Shown in pieces: positions 10,154 through 19,094 of a stretch of DNA of 64,000 bases. The notes under the pieces were generated by a model. That model was not told the DNA's origin. It was given only the letters and a program-made list of their open reading frames with translations, and searched no databases. The stretch's first letter is position 1; every line of letters begins with the position of its first letter. The position numbers and the translations under genes were made by a program. Source of the DNA: Rhabdothermincola salaria (lineage in GTDB: Bacteria > Actinomycetota > Acidimicrobiia > Acidimicrobiales > Acidimicrobilacustridaceae). The stretch covers positions 248,001 through 312,000 of the forward strand of contig NZ_JAJQXW010000002.1 in assembly GCF_021246445.1 (NCBI RefSeq). Direction: 5' to 3'.

Positions 10154-10571
10154 CTGTGGATCCCCCCAGTGCGCCCGACCTTCGACGACGCACTGAGACC
10201 ATAGTCACACCGTGCGTGGTTGGGTGACGCGCCCGTCATCGACCGCCGGCGCCGTGACACGGAGGTCGACAGAGCCCCAGGGGCATCCGAACACCGGATG
10301 ACCCCAGTTGTCGCGAGAGCGAGACCCGCGCCGACCCGCGCCGAAACGCGGCGGGGGCCGTGACGTCCTGGCGGGGGGCCAGGGCCTCCAGGGCGCCCGG
10401 GGGACCCTCGGCCGGCCCGCAGCGCCGGGGACCGACCGTTCACGTTCGTCCATGGGCTCCGGCCTCGACGTGAGGTGATCCCGGTGTCGCGTCGAGCGTT
10501 TCGTTCTATGTTTCAGATTTCCGGTAGTTTTGTTCTGGTATTACGCGGTGCCCCCCGAAGGAGACGATCTG

Positions 10572-10646
10572 ATGACCACCGAGCCCGTACCCGTGACCAT
10601 CGCCAGGGGCGACGCCATCGGGTTCAGCAAGGGGCAGGGACAGTGA
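10572..10646 (+). CDS. Putative 24-aa leader/remnant peptide
   Basis: AAGGAG RBS + ATG; MTTEPVPVTIARGDAIGFSKGQGQ; its stop overlaps the GTG of the next gene (GTGA). Confidence 0.4.
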   Translation: MTTEPVPVTIARGDAIGFSKGQGQ

Positions 10647-12145
10647 GCACGGGCACCCTGGAAGGAGCCGTGTGCATCGTCGGCACGGCGCGCCACACCT
10701 GGCGAGGCCCGGACGACGTCCCGGAACCGCTCGGGATGTGGGAACACGTCGCCCGCGCCGCCGTTGACGACGTCGGCACCACCCATGACGTCATGTCCGA
10801 ACTCGACCACCTCGGCGTCGTGCACTGCCAGGCCTGGGCCTACGACGACCCCGTCGACCGGTTGGCCGACCGCCTCGGACGTCCCGGGATCGACGGCAGG
10901 GCGTCGATCGTCGCCGGGACCTCACCGCAGCGGCTCCTCGATGCCGCCGCCGACCGGATGCGTCGCGGCGAGCTCTCCGCCGCACTGGTCGTGGGCGCCG
11001 AGGCGCTGGCCAGCCGGCGGCGGTTCGCCACCGCCGGCGAAGAGCCGGCCTGGTCCCATCCCAGCGGGCTGCCGCCGCTGCCCGAAGCAGAGTTCCTGAC
11101 GTGGTACCTGCCGACCGAGCTCGCCCACGGGATCATCCCCGCAACCCACACCTTCGCCCTTCTCGAACAGGCTCGCTGGGCCGCCCGGGGCGGCCGACAG
11201 GACGACCGGCGACGCCTCGCACAGGTGCTCTCGGCGCTCAGCCGAGTGGCGGCCGCGACCCCCGGCGCCTGGTTCCCGAGGGCCTGGACCGCCGACGAGC
11301 TGCTGTCCCCGAACGAGGGCAACCGGCCGATCGTGACCCCGTACGCCAAGCGGATGGTGGCGTTCCCCGATGTCGACATGGCTGCCGCGAACCTCCTCGT
11401 CACCCACGAGGTCGCCGACCGTTGGAAGGTCCCGGCCGAGCGTCGCGTCTACCTCCGCGGCTGGGGGTTCGCCCGCGACGCCGCCCACATCGCGGCGCGA
11501 CGGGACCTCGCCTCCTCTCCGGCCATGCGAGCGGCGCAGGGCGAGGCCCTGGATCGGGCCGGCCTCGGCGTGGCCGACGTCGACCTGTTCGACCTCTACA
11601 GCTGCTTCGGCGCGGCGATCACCTTCGCCACCGACGCTCTCGGGCTGCCCGACGACGATCCTCGGCCCCTCAGCTTGACCGGCGGGCTCCCCTATCACGG
11701 CGGTCCGGGGAGCAACTACATGAGCCACTCGATCAGCCAGGCCGTCGACCGCCTGCGACGCGGTGAGGGCGCGGCCGCCATGGTGACCGGCGTCGGCATG
11801 CACATGACGAAGCACGTCGCAGCCGTCTACGCCACCGAACCCGGAGTCGCCGCCCCTGCCCCCGATCACGGCGAGCAGCAGAACCTGGTCGCCGAAGACA
11901 CCGCTGATCGGAAGGTCGTCAACGAGCACTCGGGCGCCGTGGTCGTGCAGGCGGCAACCGTCGTGCACCAGCGCGACGGCCAGGCCGCGGAAGCACTGGC
12001 CATCTGCGGTCTGCCCGACGGCCGCCGCTGCTACGCCAGGAGCCGACACCTCGACGTCATCGACGCCGTGGCGAGCGGCGGGTGGATCGAGACCCCCGGA
12101 CGCGTGACCGCCAACGAAGACGGGACCAACGAGCTCACGATCTGA
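10643..12145 (+). CDS. Thiolase-like protein type 1 (acetyl-CoA acetyltransferase-like with extra C-terminal domain)
   Basis: AGTSPQ, DLYSCF, TGGLPYHGGPGSNY. Confidence 0.85.
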   Translation: MSTGTLEGAVCIVGTARHTWRGPDDVPEPLGMWEHVARAAVDDVGTTHDVMSELDHLGVVHCQAWAYDDPVDRLADRLGRPGIDGRASIVAGTSPQRLLDAAADRMRRGELSAALVVGAEALASRRRFATAGEEPAWSHPSGLPPLPEAEFLTWYLPTELAHGIIPATHTFALLEQARWAARGGRQDDRRRLAQVLSALSRVAAATPGAWFPRAWTADELLSPNEGNRPIVTPYAKRMVAFPDVDMAAANLLVTHEVADRWKVPAERRVYLRGWGFARDAAHIAARRDLASSPAMRAAQGEALDRAGLGVADVDLFDLYSCFGAAITFATDALGLPDDDPRPLSLTGGLPYHGGPGSNYMSHSISQAVDRLRRGEGAAAMVTGVGMHMTKHVAAVYATEPGVAAPAPDHGEQQNLVAEDTADRKVVNEHSGAVVVQAATVVHQRDGQAAEALAICGLPDGRRCYARSRHLDVIDAVASGGWIETPGRVTANEDGTNELTI

Positions 12146-12225
12146 ACCGGCGGGACCACCGGAGCGCGAGGACGAGGTCCGGGCATGACGGTCGGTCCCA
12201 CGACGACGTGATTCGAACTGATGCA

Positions 12226-13284
12226 TCACGACCCGTAGGTCGTGACCTCGGTCGCCTTCACCGCGGCCCAGACCTCCAGGCCCTCCTCGAGGCCCATGGC
12301 GGCGACGGTCGCGGGCGTCACCTCCGAAACCAGGGGCACCTCCCCCGAGAGCCGGACGCGGACCCGGTCACCGAGCAGGTCAAAACCGGTGATCGTTCCC
12401 CGCCACTGGTTCCGGGCGCTGCCCTCCTGCGGCCGATGTCGGTGCAAGGTGACCGCGTTCGGTTGGATGAGCACCAGGACCTCGCCGTCGACGAGCGAGG
12501 CCGTCGTCACCTGCCCCGACTGACCATCGAGGGCGATGGTGGTTCCCGAGCCCCGCCCCCGAAGCAGGTTCACCCCGATCAGTTCGGCGACGTAGGCCGA
12601 ACGGGGGCGCGTCGTGACCTCGGCCAGCGTGCCGGCCTGGGCCACGGTGCCGCTCTCGAGGATGACGACCCGGCTGGCCAGCGCCAGGGCGTCGAGCGCG
12701 TCGTGGGTCACCAGCACCGTGGCCCCGTCGAACTCGCCGAGGAAGCGCCGCAGGTCACGCCGGACCGACGTGCGGGTGCCGGCATCGAGCGCAGCCAGCG
12801 GTTCGTCGAGCAACAACAGCCGCGGGTCGGTGGCGAGGGCGCGGGCCAGCGCGGTCCGCTGGGCCTGGCCGCCCGAGATCGCGGCAGGTCGCCGCCCGGC
12901 CTGCTCGCCGATGCCGACGCGGTCGAGCAGCTGTTGCGCTCTCCGCCGGGCGTCGGCCTTGCCCATGCCGGCCGCGCGGGGCCCGAACGCCACGTTCTCG
13001 AGCACCGTCAGGTGGGGGAACAGCAGGTAGTCCTGGAACAGCACCCCGACCGGCCGCTTCTCCGGGATGACGAAGGTCCCGCTCGCCGGCTCGTCCACCA
13101 CCTGGCCCTCGATCACGATGCGGCCCTGCTCGATGGGCGCCAACCCCGCCAGGGCGTTCAAGACGGTGCTCTTGCCCGCTCCGTTGGGCCCGAGCAGGGC
13201 GACCACCTCGCCGGGCTCGATCTCGAGCTCCACATCGAGGTCCATCGTTCCGAGGGTGAGCCCGATCCGAGCGGCGACGGTCAC
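12226..13284 (-). CDS. modC: Molybdate ABC transporter ATP-binding protein with TOBE domains
   Basis: GPNGAGKS, ISGGQ, LLLLDEP, SARN/AVKATEV TOBE; GTGA overlap with modB. Confidence 0.9.
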   Translation of the reverse strand: MTVAARIGLTLGTMDLDVELEIEPGEVVALLGPNGAGKSTVLNALAGLAPIEQGRIVIEGQVVDEPASGTFVIPEKRPVGVLFQDYLLFPHLTVLENVAFGPRAAGMGKADARRRAQQLLDRVGIGEQAGRRPAAISGGQAQRTALARALATDPRLLLLDEPLAALDAGTRTSVRRDLRRFLGEFDGATVLVTHDALDALALASRVVILESGTVAQAGTLAEVTTRPRSAYVAELIGVNLLRGRGSGTTIALDGQSGQVTTASLVDGEVLVLIQPNAVTLHRHRPQEGSARNQWRGTITGFDLLGDRVRVRLSGEVPLVSEVTPATVAAMGLEEGLEVWAAVKATEVTTYGS

Positions 13285-14069
13285 GACCGCTCCAGCCACC
13301 GGTCGCGCAACGACACGATCACGAGCAGCGAGACCGCGAGCATGACCAGGCTGAGGGCGATGGCGACCTCGGGGTTGGCGTCGAGCGCGCCGTAGACCGC
13401 CAGGGGCAACGTCTGGGTCCGGCCCACGATGTTGCCGGCGAAGGTGATGGTGGCACCGAACTCGCCGAGGGCCCGGGCCCAGGCCAGCACGGCGCCGGCG
13501 GCCACCGACGGGGCCACCATCGGCAGCGTCACCCGACGGAAGACCGTGAGGCGGCCGGCCCCGAGCGTCGAAGCGACGGCTTCGTAGCGCTGGTCCATCG
13601 AACGCAGGGCGGCTTCGACGGTGATCACGAAGAAGGGCAGGGCGACGAACGTCTCGGCCAGGATGGCCCCCGCCGTGGTGAAGGTCAGCTGGATGCCGAA
13701 CCAGTCGTAGAGGTGCTCGCCGACGAGCCCCCGGCGGCTGAACGCGCTGAGCAGCGCCACGCCGCCCACGACCGGCGGGAGCACGAGAGGCAGCAGCACC
13801 AGGGCGCGCACGAACGAACGGCCGGGGAAGCGGACCCGGGCGAGGGTCCAGGCCAGGGGCATGCCGACCAGCACCGACAGGACCGTCGCCCCGATCGAGC
13901 AGATGAGGCTCAGCCGCAGGGCGGTGGCGGCCTCCGTGCTGGTGAGGTCGTCGGTCAGGGTCGACCACGACGCCCGCTCGACGAGACCGACGAGAGGGAT
14001 GAGGAAGAAGACGACCGTGAGGCCGGCGACGGCGACCACCAGCAGGGGTGGGCGCCGCGTCCGCCTCAC
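13281..14069 (-). CDS. modB: Molybdate ABC transporter permease
   Basis: LPLVLPPVVGG, WARALGEFGATITFAGN; GTGA overlap with modA. Confidence 0.93.
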   Translation of the reverse strand: MRRTRRPPLLVVAVAGLTVVFFLIPLVGLVERASWSTLTDDLTSTEAATALRLSLICSIGATVLSVLVGMPLAWTLARVRFPGRSFVRALVLLPLVLPPVVGGVALLSAFSRRGLVGEHLYDWFGIQLTFTTAGAILAETFVALPFFVITVEAALRSMDQRYEAVASTLGAGRLTVFRRVTLPMVAPSVAAGAVLAWARALGEFGATITFAGNIVGRTQTLPLAVYGALDANPEVAIALSLVMLAVSLLVIVSLRDRWLERS

Positions 14070-14920
14070 GGTGCCCGGAATCCCGCCTCCTCGAGCACGG
14101 CCCGAGCCTCGGGACCGAGCACGTACGCAACGAAGGCGCGGGCCAACGCTTCGTCGGCCGCGCCCTCGACGACGGCGACCGGGTACCGGGCGATCACGTC
14201 GTGCTCCGGCGGGATGGCCACCACGTCGACGGCGTCGCCGGAGACCTCGGCGTCGGTCACGTACACGATTGCCGCGTCGGCGTCGCCTTCGGTGACCGCC
14301 CCCAGGGTGGCCTTGACGTCGCGACCCCGGGTGACGTCGGACTCGGGGATGACCACGCCAGCCGTCTCGAGGATCTGATCGGCGAACGCGCCACACGGGG
14401 CGGTGTCGACACAGAGCGAGATCGTCCCAGCGTCGGCCAGGTCGGCCAGCGCGGTGACGTTCCTGGGGTTGCCCGGCTTGGTCACGACGATCATCTGGTT
14501 GGTGGCGAAGACCTCGCTCGTTCCGGCCACCAGGCCCCCGTCGACGAGCCTGGCCATGGTGGCCTCGTCGGCGAACGCGGCGACATCGACTGGTGCGCCC
14601 TCCTCGATCTGGGTGGCCAGCGTCCCCGAGGACCCGAGGTTGAGGTCGACCGTCACGTCGAGGTTGGCCGCCTCGAAGTCGCCCCCGATGGCCTCGAAGG
14701 CGTCGGTCAGGGACGCGGCCGCCGACACGGTGACGGTGCCGGTGAGGGCCGGCGCGGTGCCCGCGGCGTCGGAGAGGGAGGGGTCCGAGGCACCCGAGCC
14801 GCCCGATCCGCAGCCGGCGACCACGAGCCCGGCGACCACGACGACGAGCACGGCGCGAGACGGGGTCAGAGGCCGGCGGGGCACCTCGGTCGTCCTTCTG
14901 GGGCCGGATGAGGCGGTCAC
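14066..14920 (-). CDS. modA: Molybdate ABC transporter substrate-binding lipoprotein
   Basis: Lipobox VAGC, AAASLTDAF, GSSGTLATQI, ADAAIVYVTD. Confidence 0.93.
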   Translation of the reverse strand: MTASSGPRRTTEVPRRPLTPSRAVLVVVVAGLVVAGCGSGGSGASDPSLSDAAGTAPALTGTVTVSAAASLTDAFEAIGGDFEAANLDVTVDLNLGSSGTLATQIEEGAPVDVAAFADEATMARLVDGGLVAGTSEVFATNQMIVVTKPGNPRNVTALADLADAGTISLCVDTAPCGAFADQILETAGVVIPESDVTRGRDVKATLGAVTEGDADAAIVYVTDAEVSGDAVDVVAIPPEHDVIARYPVAVVEGAADEALARAFVAYVLGPEARAVLEEAGFRAP

Positions 14921-14922
14921 GG

Positions 14923-15321
14923 TCAGGGGGTCGGGATCTCGACGATGACGCTCGTGGACTTCACCGCCGCGGTGGCCAGATCACCGGGCTCCAGGTCCAG
15001 CTCGTCGACCGCCTCGCGGGTCATGAGCGAGATGAGGCGGTGCGGGGGCGCGTGGATCTCGACGAGCGCGGTGATCGTGTCGCGCTCGACCCGGGTGACG
15101 ATGCCGGTGAAGCGGTTGCGGGTCGACTGCGCCAGCAGTGACTCGGGCTCGTAGGCCTTGGTCTGCTCCGTGAGGTATCGAGCGAGGTCGGCGCCGTCGA
15201 CGGCGCGGTGCCCGCCCGCGCTGCGAACGGTCTTCAGCTTCCCCTCGTCGCACCACCGACGAACGGTGTCCACGCTGACGCCCAGCAGCTCGGCGACCTG
15301 GCGGGTCCGGTAGACGGCCAT
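14923..15321 (-). CDS. HTH (excisionase/MerR-like)-TOBE molybdate-responsive regulator
   Basis: VAELLGVSVDTVRRW plus STRNRFTG...AVKST; first gene of the mod operon. Confidence 0.9.
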   Translation of the reverse strand: MAVYRTRQVAELLGVSVDTVRRWCDEGKLKTVRSAGGHRAVDGADLARYLTEQTKAYEPESLLAQSTRNRFTGIVTRVERDTITALVEIHAPPHRLISLMTREAVDELDLEPGDLATAAVKSTSVIVEIPTP

Positions 15322-15327
15322 CGGCTC

Positions 15328-15385
15328 AGCCTAGACAAACCTCGCATATGCGTACATGTGGAGACGAAGGAGCTGTAGATGCGAG
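15328..15385 (-). promoter_or_regulatory. mod promoter: -10 TAGGCT and palindrome CGCATATGCG (probable operator)
   Basis: Perfect 10-bp palindrome at 15343-15352, degenerate copy TGTAGATGCG at 15374-15383, -10 box 6 nt before the ATG. Confidence 0.55.
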
Positions 15386-15492
15386 CCTCTTCGGCCAGCG
15401 CCGCGCCACAGCAGCGGCACGCATGACGCATTGCACGCGATCGGCGGCCGCTCGGCACCCCGGCAGTCTCGGCGTGGGACCGCCGGGTGGAG

Positions 15493-15909
15493 CTAGGCCG
15501 CCTGTCGGCGCCGGCGGACCTCGATGTGGGCCAGTCGGCGCACGGCTTCGTGGTCGTCCGCGGCGAGGTGGCGCACCACGGCGCCCGGAGCAGCGGGGTT
15601 GGTGGCCACCCGAGCCCTGACGGCGGGGTGGTCGTCGCTGGCCAGGATGGCGTACAGCTCGGTGTCGAGATCGGGCCGACCGGCGACGGTCGCTCGGACC
15701 TGGGGCCGGGTCGAGGCCACGGCACTGGCCACCAGCGTGTGCACCCTCGGGTGCGTCGCCAACACATCGGTCGCCCCGTCGTTGCCGGCGGCACCCCACA
15801 ACGCCACGTCGGTGACGAGCTCGTCGTCGGCGAGAGCCACCGCCAGGCAGTCGACGTCGAGCAGCGCGGCGACTGCGACCTCGGCCCGCACCTCGTCAGC
15901 TCGAGTCAT
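15493..15909 (-). CDS. Hypothetical protein with LRV/HEAT-like repeats
   Basis: LASDDHPAVRARVATNP / LAADDHEAVRRLA repeats. Confidence 0.6.
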   Translation of the reverse strand: MTRADEVRAEVAVAALLDVDCLAVALADDELVTDVALWGAAGNDGATDVLATHPRVHTLVASAVASTRPQVRATVAGRPDLDTELYAILASDDHPAVRARVATNPAAPGAVVRHLAADDHEAVRRLAHIEVRRRRQAA

Positions 15910-16056
15910 GGGATCACCACCTGTCCGTGGTCGGGAACTGACCCCTATCCAACCACGACTGAGAGTAGTGATGCAGGGACCCTCAGCGGTCACGGCGTGG
16001 GCCGGCCCCTCGCGCAGGTGTCGTGGCGAGCCTCAGGGGCGCGCGCTCGAGTCCGA

Positions 16057-16515
16057 TCACTGTGGCGGAGGGGCGCGGAAGCGCTCCGGCCCGGAGGGAT
16101 CGTCGAAGCCCACGATCGACCAGACCTCGGTCTCGCCGGCCCGGCGAAGGCTCTCGACGCGGTGGTTCCCGTCCTCGAGCACCAACTGCCCGTCCTGGAA
16201 GGTGACGACGACGGGCGGCGGCTCCCAGCCGTCCTCGTCGATCTTGTCCTCCATCTCCTCGACGTCGTCGCGCCAGTAGTCGTCGTCGACCGTGCGCAGC
16301 ACGGGGTCCCCCGACGGGCCGGCCAGGCGGTGGAGGCGATCGATCGGCAGGCGCACCGGCCCGAGCCACCAGCGCCACCGCTCGGCGAGGATCCCGGCCA
16401 GCTCGGCGTTGTCGCTGCCCGGGCTGGCGAGGAAGCACCCCACCCACTCCTGCAGCTCGTCGCGTGATGCTGCCTCCCGGGCCGAGGTCACCGAGTACTG
16501 CTGATCGTCTGCCAT
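16057..16515 (-). CDS. Stand-alone ParB/sulfiredoxin N-terminal-like domain protein
   Basis: PPVVV...LEDGNHRVESL. Confidence 0.75.
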   Translation of the reverse strand: MADDQQYSVTSAREAASRDELQEWVGCFLASPGSDNAELAGILAERWRWWLGPVRLPIDRLHRLAGPSGDPVLRTVDDDYWRDDVEEMEDKIDEDGWEPPPVVVTFQDGQLVLEDGNHRVESLRRAGETEVWSIVGFDDPSGPERFRAPPPQ

Positions 16516-16558
16516 GGCCGTCCCTCTACCCGGGACCGCCGACCCCGCGCCCTCGCGG

Positions 16559-17197
16559 TCAGTCCTGGCGGTCGAGGCCCACCAGGTGGGTGGTGGCGTT
16601 GAAGCCGTGCAACGTCCAGCGGGCGCGCTCGGGATCGTGCTCCCACTCGGTGAGCCCGGTGTTCGTGGGCTGCAATCGCGTGCCGGTCCCCGAGTGGGGG
16701 GCGCCCAGCATCAACCGCACCGAGGCCTGGATGACCCCTGCGTGGCAGACGGCCACGACCGTCTGCCCGGCGTGCTCCCGGGCGATCCGCGCCATCATCT
16801 GCCCCACCCGCTCGTGGAAGCTGTTCCAGCTCTCACCCCCCGGGGCGAACACCCGCTCCGGTTCGGCTTCCATGTCGAACCCGCCGTAGCGGTCGGCGTA
16901 CTCGGCCCAGTCGAGGCCATCGGCCTCGCCGGTGTGGACCTCGCAGAGATCGCAGTGGCTCCCCCCGAGCTCCAACCCGAGACCGGGGGCGATGATGCTC
17001 GCCGTCTCGACGGCACGGGGCAGGACGCTCGCGATCAGGGCATCGGCCTGGATGCGGCCGGTGGCGGCCAGGTGCTCGCGCAGCGCCTCAGCCTGCCGGC
17101 GACCGTGAGGCGTGAGGCCCGAGCAACCCGTCGGGCCGGCGATGACCCCGTGGAAGCCGGCGAACGCCTCACCGTGGCGGACGAGGATCAAGCGCAT
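16559..17197 (-). CDS. Histidine phosphatase family protein
   Basis: LVRHGE, RAVETA, PGGES, VCHAGVI. Confidence 0.92.
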   Translation of the reverse strand: MRLILVRHGEAFAGFHGVIAGPTGCSGLTPHGRRQAEALREHLAATGRIQADALIASVLPRAVETASIIAPGLGLELGGSHCDLCEVHTGEADGLDWAEYADRYGGFDMEAEPERVFAPGGESWNSFHERVGQMMARIAREHAGQTVVAVCHAGVIQASVRLMLGAPHSGTGTRLQPTNTGLTEWEHDPERARWTLHGFNATTHLVGLDRQD

Positions 17198-17312
17198 GGA
17201 CGCCACGGTAGGAGCGTCGCGCCCGACCCGGGCACCGAGGCGCCCGTCCGGCGCGGACCCCACGCTCGCCATGGAAGAGTTGGAGCCGCCGCGAACAGGG
17301 GGAACCACCACG

Positions 17313-18545
17313 ATGACCACGACCACCGACGCTTCCGACCGCACCGACGACCGCACGACCCCCGGACCCCTCTCCGGGGTGAAGGTGCTCGACCTCTCGA
17401 TCGCTCTCACCGGCCCCTACGCCACGGTGCTCCTGGCCGATCAGGGTGCCGAGGTGGTCAAGGTCGAACGCCCCGGCATCGGCGACATCGCCCGGTGGGT
17501 CGGGGTGGCGGTCAACAACATGAGCGCCTTCTACCTGGCCTGCAACCGCGGCAAGCGTTGCATCGCCGTCGACCTCGGCACCGACGAAGGCCGCGACATC
17601 GTGCTGCAGCTGGCCGCCGAAGCCGATGTCGTCGTCCAGAACTTCCGGCCCGGTGTCGTCGACCGCCTCGGTGTCGGCTACGAGGCCGTGCGGGCCCTGA
17701 ACCCCGACGTCGTGTACGCCTCGATCTCCGGCTACGGACCCGAAGGCCCCTACCGCGACCGCAGCGCCTACGACACGTCGATGCAGGCCTACGCCGGGTT
17801 CGCCGCCAACCAGGCCGACCCCAACGGCGGACCGCCCACCTTCCTGCGCCAGAACGGCGCCGACAAGGTCAGTGCCCTCTACGCCTGCCAGGCGATCACC
17901 GCCGCCCTCTTCGCCCGGGCCAACGGCCACGGCGGCCAGCACGTCGAGCTGGCCATGGCCGACGCCTGCGTGTCGTTCCTGTGGGCCGACTCGGCGGGCA
18001 ACGAGGTCCTGCTCGACTCCGACGGTTCGCTGCCCTCGAGCTTCAACGCCGGCTTCCAGCCGATGCGCTTCCTCGACGGGTGGGGCATCGTCGTGCCGAC
18101 GACCGACGGCGACTTCGCCGGCATGTGCAAGTCGCTCGACGTGGAGGGCTTCGACGACCCCCGCATCGCCACCGTGGGCGAACGGCGCAAGAACCGCGAG
18201 GTGCTCGAGCCGATCATGGACATGTGCTACGCCATGGCCGCCAACCTCACCCAGGAGGAGGCCATCGCCCGCTTCGAGCGGGAGCGGGTGCCCTTCGCCA
18301 TGGTCCTCTCGGCCGCCGAGGTGGTGGACGACCCTCACGCCGTGGCCATCGAGATGTTCCACGAGTTCGACCACCCCGTCGTGGGTCGCGCCCGGCTGCC
18401 CCGTCACCCGGCGCAGTTCAGCAGCACCCCGGCGGCGCTCGGTGGCGACACCGCCGCGCTGGGCCAGCACACCGACGAGGTCCTCGCCGAGCTGGGCCTG
18501 GCCGAGCGCACCGCCGAGCTGCGCGAGCGCGGCGTCGTGGCCTGA
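17313..18545 (+). CDS. CaiB/BaiF class III CoA transferase
   Basis: GPLSGVKVLDLS, GAEVVKVE, NRGKR, QNFRPG, LGQHTDEVL. Confidence 0.93.
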   Translation: MTTTTDASDRTDDRTTPGPLSGVKVLDLSIALTGPYATVLLADQGAEVVKVERPGIGDIARWVGVAVNNMSAFYLACNRGKRCIAVDLGTDEGRDIVLQLAAEADVVVQNFRPGVVDRLGVGYEAVRALNPDVVYASISGYGPEGPYRDRSAYDTSMQAYAGFAANQADPNGGPPTFLRQNGADKVSALYACQAITAALFARANGHGGQHVELAMADACVSFLWADSAGNEVLLDSDGSLPSSFNAGFQPMRFLDGWGIVVPTTDGDFAGMCKSLDVEGFDDPRIATVGERRKNREVLEPIMDMCYAMAANLTQEEAIARFERERVPFAMVLSAAEVVDDPHAVAIEMFHEFDHPVVGRARLPRHPAQFSSTPAALGGDTAALGQHTDEVLAELGLAERTAELRERGVVA

Positions 18546-18561
18546 TCGGCGCCGTTCTCGG

Positions 18562-19032
18562 TCAGCTCTCGTGGCGGGCGCCCGGGGGGACGACGACCAC
18601 CGGGCACTCGGCGTGCTGGGCGCAGTGCTGGCTCACCGAACCGAGCACCAGGCTGCGGATCCCTCCCCGACCACGGGATCCGACGACCAGCAGATCGGCG
18701 TGCGTCGATGCCTCGACGAGGCGCTGACCAGGATCGCCTTGAGCCACCTCGGCCACGATGTCGGCGTCCTCACCGAGGGCCTCGCGGGCCCGGGCCGTGA
18801 CCTCGTCGATGAGCGCGCGGGCGGGGTCGGCGGCCTCGTGCACCGCCTCGGCGTAGCTGATGGCGCTGGCCGGGTTGCCCGGCAGCTCGGCATCGACGAC
18901 GTGCAACAGCACGAGCGTGGCGTGCCGCAGCCCGGCCTCGCCGATGGCCCACGACACCGCCACCCGTGACCCGTCTGAGTCGTCGACCGCGACGACGATG
19001 AGGTTGTGGGCGTTGGCGGGTTCGGTGGTGAT
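18562..19032 (-). CDS. Universal stress protein (probable non-canonical ATC start)
   Basis: [11 protein letters not shown]...[12 protein letters not shown]...[19 protein letters not shown]; the first strand of the fold lies upstream of the first GTG (18963). Confidence 0.85.
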   Translation of the reverse strand: MTTEPANAHNLIVVAVDDSDGSRVAVSWAIGEAGLRHATLVLLHVVDAELPGNPASAISYAEAVHEAADPARALIDEVTARAREALGEDADIVAEVAQGDPGQRLVEASTHADLLVVGSRGRGGIRSLVLGSVSQHCAQHAECPVVVVPPGARHES

Positions 19033-19094
19033 GTCGGGCTCCGGTGGTGGGTGTGGGTGTGGGTCGCTGAGGAGGTGCGGCGGACGGGCGATGG

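Noticed and set aside
10167..10305. Hairpins (CAGTGCG/CGCACTG; GGGGCATCCG/CGGATGACCCC) as a riboswitch or ncRNA
   Set aside because: No recognisable aptamer consensus; short GC stems are expected by chance. An Rfam/Infernal scan would settle it
14923..15321. Excisionase-like HTH suggesting a mobile element
   Set aside because: Fused to TOBE and heads modABC, so it is a regulator
16057..16515. ParB as a plasmid or prophage partition gene
   Set aside because: No HTH, parA or mobile-element context
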